From contig JAUCBJ010008330.1 in assembly GCA_032718475.1 (NCBI GenBank), forward strand, positions 1,768 through 65,767: a stretch of 64,000 nt of DNA, in the 5' to 3' direction. The notes under the pieces were generated by a model, which searched no databases, was not told where the DNA came from, and was given only the letters and a program-made list of their open reading frames with translations. This document shows, one piece after another, positions 53,746-63,679 of this stretch. Origin of the DNA: Nemertoderma westbladi. Taxonomy: Eukaryota; Animalia; Xenacoelomorpha. Made by a program: the position numbers and the translations under genes. Numbering within the stretch: position 1 is the stretch's first letter; each line of letters starts with the position of its first letter.

Positions 53746-54089
53746 CAATCTGAGCAGGCTTACACGCCTTCTGCTCAATATTGGTCTATAAATAAATAAA
53801 ACTTGACAGAAATAAGTAAAATCTCAATAAAAAACCAGGGCGGCCGTCCCTGATTAATTATTAAGGCCTACCGGTATATAATTATCAAAATCGAATAATA
53901 CTGCTGTACCTGTACTGCTGTAGGTACCGGTCCGGGTGGTTAGGTAGTCAGGCCTACTGGGTACCGGTTGCCGGTACTTCAGCTTTATTGCCTACTGCAA
54001 TACAGAAGCTATATCCGTTATTGTTCTTACCAGAACAATATTAAACTGTATTTATTGCCTACCCTGCAATCCGAACGTATATCCGTTAT

Positions 54090-55226
54090 TGTTCGCGCTT
54101 TCAGACCTTTAGCAGTTTAACCTGCCAAATTAGGATGTCTTCTAGATAATAGATAGTCTTTAGCCTACGACAAATATTTGATACACTACATTAGCCGAAA
54201 CCAGTCTATGCGCGATCATTCACCCGCTGGATATACCCGGGAGACTGGATTCGGAAGCCTAATCGTATTGCGGGATAGACCTACTGTATTATTCGACTGA
54301 TCTTAATATATATAATCTCTGACAATATTATTCACTTTCGGGAAATATTAACAGTTCCTTTAGGACGTGGCGCTCTAAATATATAAACAGAGTTATGACT
54401 TAAACCAGACGCAACGGGATGGCTATAGATTCACGTATATGGCGCATTCTTTAGGAGATGCTTCGTTATCAATCACAATCATACACAATACTGCACAATG
54501 CTGCACACTAATCTGCCGACCTTCACTAATTTTAGTCACATATAAGGAGAACAACAGACAATACGTGAAGGGCCTATAAAATAGCATTAGATTCACTTCA
54601 AACCACTTAATGTAAGTCGCAATCGTTATATGTATCCGGTCTCTCTAACCTTTAGTATATCAAGAAGATTGGGGTGTCTGATTGTTTATCAGTATTCCGA
54701 ATATAATGTTCCATCAACAAATATAATGAATAGCCGACAGCAAAAGCAGTAATGTTAAGGTATGAATGATTAAGTTATGGATAGATAACGGATATACGTT
54801 CTATAATTAAGCCTACTAATGTTAAGCTAAAGACTGAAACACGGAGGTTCCACGCCGGTGTTGTAGGCTGTGGAAAAATCACATACTGACTCACTTCCCT
54901 AGTTTCTATATACCATCTCCAACACAGAGGCAAAAAACGCTCTGATTGGTCGACCGAACAAAGAGAGAACAAAGAACAAAGAGATGTTCTACGTGGCAAT
55001 ATCAGCTGTTAGCCGTCGTCATGGTATCTACACTGTTTCAAGAGGATCCGGCTTATTGCGTCATAGAATTGCTAATCATGTCCGCTAAAGTACACATACA
55101 GAAGAAATGGCTTTTATGTCCTCTAAAACAACAATACAGTAAGGACACGGCCTTTTATGCCGGTTAAACCAACTACAGAGTACTTTACGGGGAAAATAAC
55201 CGGCTAATTACGCAAAAGCCTTTACA
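54090..55226 (-). repeat. 5' LTR of copy D
   Basis: 1137-bp repeat of 39343-40479. Confidence 0.95.
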
Positions 55227-55468
55227 CTAGCCACCAAGGAAAACCCTAGCTACCTTCAATTACACTAGCTACCAACAATAATACTAGCTACCAAGGAAAA
55301 GCCTTACCTTCAATTACACTTAAGCTATCAATAATAATACTAGCCACCAAGGAAAACCCTAGCTACCTTCAATTACACTAGCTACCAACAATAATACTAG
55401 CCACCAAGGAAAACCCTAGCTACCTTCAATTACACTAGCTACCAACAATAATACTAGCTTCCAGGAAA
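55227..55468. repeat. 57-bp satellite, right part
   Basis: The same 19-bp monomers resume in phase after the TSD. Confidence 0.9.
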
Positions 55469-55580
55469 ATTAATTTCACCCCCGATATTTCGTTGCAAGC
55501 GAAATTTTCACTCTCGATATTTTTACGGGTTTATAGAGGTATCGATTAAACTAAATTAAGAGTAGGCCTATTAATAATAA

Positions 55581-55728
55581 CTATTTACATACTTGTGTGT
55601 AAAGTAGCACTTTACAGTGTGATGATCCGAGTGGCTTTGTTATACAAACGAACGTTAATGAGTGAGTGAAAATAAAGCAACGAGGATCAGAACACTGTAA
55701 AGTAATTTTGCAACAAGTATGTATGTAG
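55581..55728. mobile_element. Short palindromic MITE-like element
   Basis: TACATACTTGT...ACTTTACAGTGT is inverted as ACACTGTAAAGT...ACAAGTATGTA. Confidence 0.45.
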
Positions 55729-56723
55729 TTTTAATCCAAAGTTTTGACATTACGAAATGATTGTACATATACATTATAAGTGTTAGAAACTGCACGAATT
55801 ATATTAGTTGCTGTATAAATAAATGTAAAAATGACATAAATTATGTTATAAATAAGTTAGCTTATATTTATGGTGGCGTTTTTGAGCCATGTTATATTAA
55901 TATAGCTAGGCCCTACTGGTTATTAATAGCTATACCCCGCCTACCGGTAGGTAATGCAGTAGGCCTATCTGGCTGTCAGTCAAATTTGCATCTATTGTTT
56001 ACGTGGTATCCAATGACGGTGTTAAGTAATGTCCCCTTAGTGGACATAACTAACGCCGTCATGTATTATCACGTAAACAATAACACCAAATACAATACTA
56101 AATGTACATGCCAATACAATGCTGTAATGTCCTCTAAAGTTGTAAAGGGCTAAATTACAACTCGCTGTTAATACTAATGGCGTTGAGTAATGTTTCAATT
56201 TTGCAATAAAAATTAATTAGTATATATATGAATAAATAATACTGTACAGTACAGTACATTAATTATTAAGGTGTAATGATGATGGCAGGAAACGGACAGA
56301 CTATAGGCAAGGCACGATAGTGTGTGGAAGCTGTGGACATACTGTACCTAGGATAGGCCGTAGAATGTACACGTACTGTAGGGCCTACACTTCATTCCGT
56401 ACATTCGGGTGCGAGTGAGTGTAAGATGTCTTGGACCACGGGTGGATAAACCGGGTGGTGGTCATATTATACTGTATGAAACACAATGTAATAATAATAT
56501 GTTTGTATAATTATTGTAGTCTCATGTCGAGGTATCAGACTCAGACACCGCTATATTTATTTAGGCGTACTACAGTATTCCAGTAAAACTCTTTATCATT
56601 TACATTTTTATTACACATGTAGCCATGGTGGATATGAGACATATTAAGAGGCGAGAAACCATGCAGATACTGTTGTTAACTAAGATACTCCCACACTCCC
56701 CTACGCCTAGGTCCCGTACACAA

Positions 56724-58132
56724 TAGGGCGGTGCGTTTTTTACTTTTTTTCGATTTCATTGTTCTACCGGTGCACAAAAGTTGCCAAATGGTAAAAAAAT
56801 AAGGCAAAAAAAATTTCTTTCAATTTCATCTATATCTTCACGGATCCCAAGAGGGTTGAAATTTTGTGCCATCGCGATGCACCATAATGAAATGTATAAC
56901 AATATAACACATTGATGAAAGATCATTGACTCAAAAAAGAACTTCCTGCATGCATCAAATGTCATCAAATGGGTCCAAACTTAGTTAGATACCAAAATTT
57001 TAACTTTTGGGTCAAGGGAACTAGTGCCACAGGCACATGGCCAGAACCTACCATTTGGCACAAGTGATGATTATTCTCAATTTTCGCGATGGCCAACTTT
57101 GAATTCTCCTACTGCATTCATATTATGCTCATTAGAACCGCAATGGCCGATTTAGTGGGGGTAGACACCTTCAAAACAAACGTAGAGCGAATAGTTCTTG
57201 AGATATCGCAGAAAATATGAAGTACGGCACAAGTCTATATTACCGCCTTGATGTGATATGGACAAATACACAATAAATGATATTTTGAATTATCTCAAGG
57301 AATCAAAAAATAGACACATCACAGAAATGATCGATATAGTGGGTGAAGACACCTTCAAAATAAGAGTAGAGTCATTAGTTCTTGAGTTATTTTACAAAAT
57401 GTCAAGACTACGTCCACCAATTACTACTTGATATTGAGTTGACCCATTCCACACATTTTGTACAAAAACTATAGTGAATTATGTACTATTCTTTAATTTT
57501 GAAGGTCTCTGTATAAACTAAATCAATTTGTTGCAGTGATGTGTATATTTTTGATGCCTTAAGATAATTAGAAGTAACATTTTTGTGTATTTGTCCATAT
57601 CGCATCAAGGCGGTAGTGTAGACTTGTGCCGCACTTAACATTTTCTGTAATATCTCAAGAACTATTCGCTCTATGCTTGTTTTGATGGTGTCTACCCCCA
57701 CTAAGTCGGTCATTGCGGTTCTAATGAGCATAATAATAATGCCGTAGGAGAACTAAAAGTTGTCCATCACCAAAATTGAGAATAGTCATCACTTGCGCCA
57801 AAGAGTAGGTTCTGGTCATGTGCCTGTGGCACAACTTCCCTTGATCCAAAAATTAAAATTTTGGTATCTAACTAAGTTTGGACCCATTTGATGACATTTG
57901 ATGCATGCAGGAAGTTCTTTTTTGAGTCATTGATGTTTCATCAATGTGTTATATTGTTATAAATTTCATTATGGTGCATCGCAATGGCACAAAATTTCAA
58001 CCCTCTTGGGATCCGTGAAGATATAGACGAAATTTAAAGAAATTTTTTTTGCTTTATTTTTGTACCGTTTGGCAACTTTTGTGCACTGGTAGAACAATGA
58101 AATCGAAAAAAAGTAAAAAACGCACCGCCCTA
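56724..58132. mobile_element. Non-autonomous hAT-like foldback element with inverted arms of about 640 bp
   Basis: Starts TAGGGCGGTGCG and ends CGCACCGCCCTA; 8-bp TSD GTACACAA (56716-56723 and 58133-58140); arms about 56724-57365 and 57495-58132. Confidence 0.88.
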
Positions 58133-58201
58133 GTACACAATTGAAATCGCCACCGATAATTGTGCGGGGGGGGGGGGGGGGGGTTGTGTTTGGAGCGGTC
58201 G

Positions 58202-58543
58202 CATGCTCAAGCATAACATCCTTTGAGCTTATGCTCAACCGGCCAGAGACTTGCTGAGGACTTTCAAAGTTAACTGTCAAAATTTTGGTTTTTTGGTGTT
58301 AATAAAAAGACCAACACCAGAAGCAGCCTGTTCTATGTAATGAGCTGAGGAGCCGTTGGGCTCACTCTGGTGATTCTGAGAGTACTCGTAAGTCATCAGC
58401 AAAGTCTAGATCAGTTAGGTACTTGGCAGGATTTCCTCGACTTCTGGAGCCAGTAGGTGGAGTTACCATTACCCCATCATCATTATGATGATCTAAGGAC
58501 ATGCGTAGACCATAGTCAACAACAATTATGAACAAGAATGGTG
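58202..58543 (-). mobile_element. RTE-like LINE fragment duplicating 1788-2203
   Basis: Near-identical sequence and the same truncation junction GAATGGTG|TTAAAGCTTCTGTACCC. Confidence 0.85.
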
Positions 58544-58890
58544 TTAAAGCTTCTGTACCCTAAAATGCACATTTTTGTAGCGAGATTTTTGCAGCGTATG
58601 CTGGTTCCAAAAAATGTGGTATCGAAAAATTAAAATGGTAAATAACGGAGGAGTAGTCTTTTTGGCGAAATTTTTTAAATTTTACGCCAGCCGATAGGGG
58701 GCGCTAAAATTTTTTTTTTTTTCACATTTTTATTTTCTTTAGTTCATTCATGTTTCTATGGTATATAGTTTTCTGCGCATTCTTCAACCATATTGGAGAT
58801 ATAAACAAATTTAAAAAAACACCAGGGGGGGGTACCCCCCCCCCCCCCCCCCCCTTAACTAAGAAGCTTCCACACTCCCCTACGCCTAGG

Positions 58891-60029
58891 TGGTGTCGTC
58901 GCGTTACGGCTAATGTTGCGTTACGGCTAATTTTTTGAGAGATTAGCCGTAACGCGACTTTCAAAAGTAGCGGTACGGCTACTCTAAAAGTCGCGTTACG
59001 GCTAATTGTCGCGTTATGGCTAATCTATTGTCTTGGTTTTACATAGGGAATCATTATCAATATTATTCTATGGTGTTTACGTGCAGATGAGGTCCGACAA
59101 ATGTAATGTAATGATGTTTTACAGCATATGAGTCTCCGGGGGGGGGGGGGTATTTTACCGTCTTTCATACTGTATGTTCTTCGACAACCTCACATTCAAT
59201 ATAATATTGTATTCTATGGTATTCTTAGTCACAGCCTCAAGCACAGATACGGATTACAGCCAATAATAGCAGTCGAAGAAGCAATGAGTGGTTTTGTGGA
59301 ACATATTCCAAGACTTCATATCGATGTTGTTAACCAACGCCTGGCTCGCTACCTGGACCATATGGCGTTCTGTTTGGGGACTGACAAGCAGGCAATGGCC
59401 GTCCTTCCAGCCGCCGATCACCCAGTTGAAAGTCCAGCTGCATTGGGAGGGGGTGGTGATCCCGACTGGCATGTTGGTGTAGTGAACCACCCCTTCGCGG
59501 TGAACTATTTCTTCCCAACCCAACCCCGACCACCCCTCCGTGGCCGAACCATTCCAACCCACCCCACCACCGAACCAAATGCCATACGCGGGGCATGACT
59601 GGCTAATTCAAGAGCTTTAGTTTTAGATATTTTTGAATTGATTAATAAATTCAAAGTGCAATATTTCGGCAATATACTGATATACTTTCGACCAATTTAC
59701 CTATATGGTACTGTGTACTGTGGTACTCAATACAACAAAATTAATATAATAATTAAAGTTTTTTTAGTTAAATTCCCCCCCCCCCCCCCCTGGATACTCC
59801 CATGCTGTAAAACATTATTACATTAAAATTTTCGAACCTTTCTCATGTGTACGTAAACACCATAGAATAATATTGATAATGATTCCCTATGTAAAACCAA
59901 GACAATAGATTAGCCGTAACGCGACTTTTTGAGTAGCCGTACCGCGACATCAAATGTCGCATTACGGCTACTCTGAAAATTAGCCATAATGCGACTTTCC
60001 GTAACGCGACATTAGCCGTACCGCCACTG
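58891..60029. mobile_element. TIR element with about 200-bp inverted arms rich in TCGCGTTACGGCTA motifs
   Basis: GGCTAATCTATTGTCTTGGTTTTACATAGGGAATCATTATCAATATTATTCTATGGTGTTTACGT (about 59018-59082) is inverted at about 59850-59915. Exact ends and TSD not resolved. Confidence 0.7.
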
Positions 60030-60173
60030 CGCCGATTGTGCGGGGGGGGGGGGGGGGTTGTGTTTGGATCGGTGGCGGTATAGATGAGGGACTCGTAGAT
60101 AATTCTTAATTATCGATATCGTTAAGTCTCGACATTTTTCATAAATCCAGGTGTATAAAATTGGAAACAGAAG

Positions 60174-62765
60174 ATGTCCAATGCTGATTTATTACATAAT
60201 ATTCACCCTGAAGTTAGAAAACTAATTATAAAGGCAATAGATGAAAGATGGGAGTACATTCCTGATATGTGGCCAAAGTCGGATGCGGCGAATCCACGTG
60301 AATATTATAATCTATATGATGTTTTAAACAGCAACATCGATCAGAGACTCTGCAATCAGGGAGAAACAGCAGGATGTAAAACTGAGTATGAGATAATCGA
60401 AAGTCTACTTTTGTCAGAAATTCAATGTCTCGCAGAAACATATCAAGACGGCGGATGTATGCAAGAAATCCACTTGTGGTTATTCATGATAATATTTTTA
60501 TATGATGCATCAACTTCTAAGTTATACTTGACAGAATTTTATGAAAGAATGAGAAAAATGTTTTCATTAGTAGAAGACTATGATTGTCATATTCCCAGCC
60601 AGTTAATATGTTTGGCAAATATGGGATTCTCAACCATAGAGGGAACGGGGAATTATGAAATACTTAAATTTGTGAAATACCCCAAGTTTTTTTTAAATAG
60701 ACTTAGCAAAGAATTTGACCCTGAAACTAAACATGATGACCCCGCCCAGAGAGAATATAAAGAACGGATATTGAACCATGGCCAGTCATTTGATTTAGTC
60801 GTTTCAATGGAAACAGAATGCAATCCAATTGACCATATTGAAAGAATTATACAGATTTTGCCTATAATGACATCTTTTAGTGATACTTGCGTTCGCGAGT
60901 ATGTTTATGTTTTAGCACAAAGTTATAAGCCTATTCTCCGTTGTTTAGTTGAATTTCGAAGTGCAGATAAGATCAATCCAACCACTACAGACAATATCAT
61001 AAAGTCATTACAAAATTCAACCGCAGAGTTACTCTTTGATATGTTATACAAATGTCTCAATTTACCTTTTCTAACCAATCCAGAATATGACGAACTTGCA
61101 AAATTAACCTACGAATTTTCATTAAAAGCTACAATGTCATTGATTTTGATTAAAGATGTCCCGCAATTGCGACTGATCTATTTTTGGTTATGTTCTCATC
61201 GATATTTAGAAGAAGAAAAATACTTGACCTCCGAGAAATTACCCCCAAAGCCATTGACACCAATGCATCGAAGATGGTACTCACTCATCTACACCTTTCG
61301 AGATTTCTATCACATTTTTAAGACTTTTAACAATTCAGATAAAACAGAGCGATTACTGAAAGTTTTGTGTTTCTGTACTGATATGGTATGGAATCTGAAT
61401 GAGAGTAATACATTTGTTCATCGTTCATATTGCTATATACTACAATGTTACACTGAATTACATAAGTGTATAAGCGATATATATGAACTAATCCACCCCT
61501 GGTTAAAAGACCTGATTATGAGTAATAGGCAGTCTGAAATTTCACACAGTTTATACAGCTTTGAATCCCTTAAGAAATGGGATGAATCCTTTGATAAGAT
61601 CACTGATTATTTGGATTCATGGCAGTTCATTTCAAACTACTCGCCTATTGTCCAAACAGCAAAATATCTGTATATTGGCGCTTCGGGACAAACAATTGAG
61701 TCGGATTACATTATTAATATCGGGAATGAAGTCAAAACTGAAACTAAAGGTAGCCAGAGGATACCTTTTTGGGTTAATGCATTAAGCTTAACAGTGGCGG
61801 ATGATATTGAAGAAACCATCATTGGAAAGACATTTAAATCTAAACACATGGATTGTAGAGATATCCAACAATGTAAAAAGATGTACCTAGATGAAGTCGC
61901 ATCTCAACGAACTGCAAATAATTATGCTATACAAATGTCATTCCAGTCTATCAAGTTAAATATTCAACAAACTAAAGTTACGAAGTTTCATTTTTTGAAA
62001 GTTAAATGTCTTCAATTAGATTTTCCTTGTAAGTCGATAAAAACGAACTTTATAAATATTGAAAAGTATAACTCATTTGATTATAGGAAATTGTCAAATA
62101 ATTTTAATTTCTTAGATAAATCACAATATGGTGAATTTGGAGCATGTTTTTCTCACTTTACTTATGTAATATCAGGAGGCAAAGAAATCGTTACGGATAT
62201 TCAAGGATTTTGCTACCCAAATATCAAGTTTATTATTCTCACTGATCCCCAGATACATTCCCTTGCTGAGGAGAAAAAGTATGGCATTGGAAATTGTCGA
62301 ATGGCGGGAATTAAGTCATTCTTTCGTGATCAACATCCAACATGTGGCGAATTATGTCGATCCATGGGGATAAGTGAAAAAAGGTTTGATTACTTTGAAT
62401 CAGGTCATCCACAAAGCGTTGATCAGGATGAGTATCAAAGAATATTAGAAATGTTTTTGGAAGCAAATCCACATATAAAAGCGATGGCAGAAACAAGGGG
62501 AATCACTGTGAAAAGTTTGGATAAAGAAACATTAACACAATATATTGCACATCCAGTTTATTCAAAAATGGTAAAACAACTTCTTAAAACTGTACATGTT
62601 GATGATGAAACAGTTACTTTATTTCCAGCAGATATTTATGGAGATATATTGAGCTCAGAAAATGTATCAGGATCAGGAAACCAATATTATTTTAGACATT
62701 TATTTCGGAGATTAAAATTGAAGTTAACGATCCCATCATCTTTAAATACTGTCAAAAATAAATAA
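60174..62765 (+). CDS. Alpha-kinase (atypical eEF2K/MHCK family), ALPK1-like kinase domain, 863 aa, intronless
   Basis: KGSQRIPFWV, IIGKTFK, VASQRTANNYA, KLSNN, FSHFTY, VTDIQG, LTDPQIHS, GIGNC, FFRDQHPTCGELC (zinc site); about 490-aa unrecognised N-terminal region. Confidence 0.88.
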   Translation: MSNADLLHNIHPEVRKLIIKAIDERWEYIPDMWPKSDAANPREYYNLYDVLNSNIDQRLCNQGETAGCKTEYEIIESLLLSEIQCLAETYQDGGCMQEIHLWLFMIIFLYDASTSKLYLTEFYERMRKMFSLVEDYDCHIPSQLICLANMGFSTIEGTGNYEILKFVKYPKFFLNRLSKEFDPETKHDDPAQREYKERILNHGQSFDLVVSMETECNPIDHIERIIQILPIMTSFSDTCVREYVYVLAQSYKPILRCLVEFRSADKINPTTTDNIIKSLQNSTAELLFDMLYKCLNLPFLTNPEYDELAKLTYEFSLKATMSLILIKDVPQLRLIYFWLCSHRYLEEEKYLTSEKLPPKPLTPMHRRWYSLIYTFRDFYHIFKTFNNSDKTERLLKVLCFCTDMVWNLNESNTFVHRSYCYILQCYTELHKCISDIYELIHPWLKDLIMSNRQSEISHSLYSFESLKKWDESFDKITDYLDSWQFISNYSPIVQTAKYLYIGASGQTIESDYIINIGNEVKTETKGSQRIPFWVNALSLTVADDIEETIIGKTFKSKHMDCRDIQQCKKMYLDEVASQRTANNYAIQMSFQSIKLNIQQTKVTKFHFLKVKCLQLDFPCKSIKTNFINIEKYNSFDYRKLSNNFNFLDKSQYGEFGACFSHFTYVISGGKEIVTDIQGFCYPNIKFIILTDPQIHSLAEEKKYGIGNCRMAGIKSFFRDQHPTCGELCRSMGISEKRFDYFESGHPQSVDQDEYQRILEMFLEANPHIKAMAETRGITVKSLDKETLTQYIAHPVYSKMVKQLLKTVHVDDETVTLFPADIYGDILSSENVSGSGNQYYFRHLFRRLKLKLTIPSSLNTVKNK

Positions 62766-63679
62766 GATGAGTATCAAAAGTTATCAAAAAAAGAAAAGAT
62801 GATCAAAAATGAATCTTAGATTTAATAAAGAACCCGCAAGCATTTTTTTGTATCCCAACATGGAACCACTTATGGAGAACTGAGGCTGAACTTTACCTTC
62901 GTACACTCCCTCTATATATAAGGTAGATCACAAATTTCTTTTATTTTCCTGTCCATCTATCTGTATACTGTACTAGTGCATCATCACATAGCTAACTGCA
63001 GTGACGCAGCCTTTTACAGGATGCTGGTACTCCTGGAACAGTTAGTCGCAACCAAGCACCGGTGACCGCTGACCAGCTAGCGGACCTTGATGTGTTGAAC
63101 ATCCTCGGGAAACTCTCGCCAGAGGGTGATACAGGTGATCGCTTCTTCCCTTAGAAGAAAGGCGAACCATCATCCAGTCATCATCGAGTCGCATTGGCAA
63201 ATGCGGCAATCCAGTGGTCTCGTTCTGGTAAACCTAATGGTGGAAGCTTGACAGATCTGACTTTATTACAAGTGTCATGTCATGTCGTACTTAGTTTCCA
63301 GTACATCCGAAGACAGCATTTTTCTGCATTTATTTTATTTTATTTAATCGCCAATGCTGAATAATAATAATCAAATAAATAATAGTTACGGTCTGACGGT
63401 GCAAGGTTGTATGGCGAAATATAACTACTACTAACTACGTCAGTACATCTTTGGTACAGTACGTGTTACACCACACCGCTTCCGAGGATTACCTGAAGTA
63501 GGCCTACCTGTATACAGCTAGTCTACAGTTAGAAACATTAAAATATAGGAAACAATACATGAAAGCACATGTAATTGAAAAACTAAAATACCAATAATAG
63601 ATTCTCCATAAATTTTTACCCCATGATGTGTTGATGTGTAGGCCTATGTTTATCATTTCAACTGGTTAACAGTAACACC

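Larger units (their letters stand above)
39343..55226 (-). mobile_element. Full-length BEL/Pao LTR retrotransposon copy D (15.9 kb) inserted in the satellite
   Basis: Two 1137-bp TG...CA LTRs; TSD CTAGC (39338-39342 and 55227-55231); same organisation as C. Confidence 0.97.

Noticed and set aside
63011-63153. Possible host exon after CTTTTACAG
   Set aside because: Only about 44 codons, no recognisable domain and no partner exon in the window.
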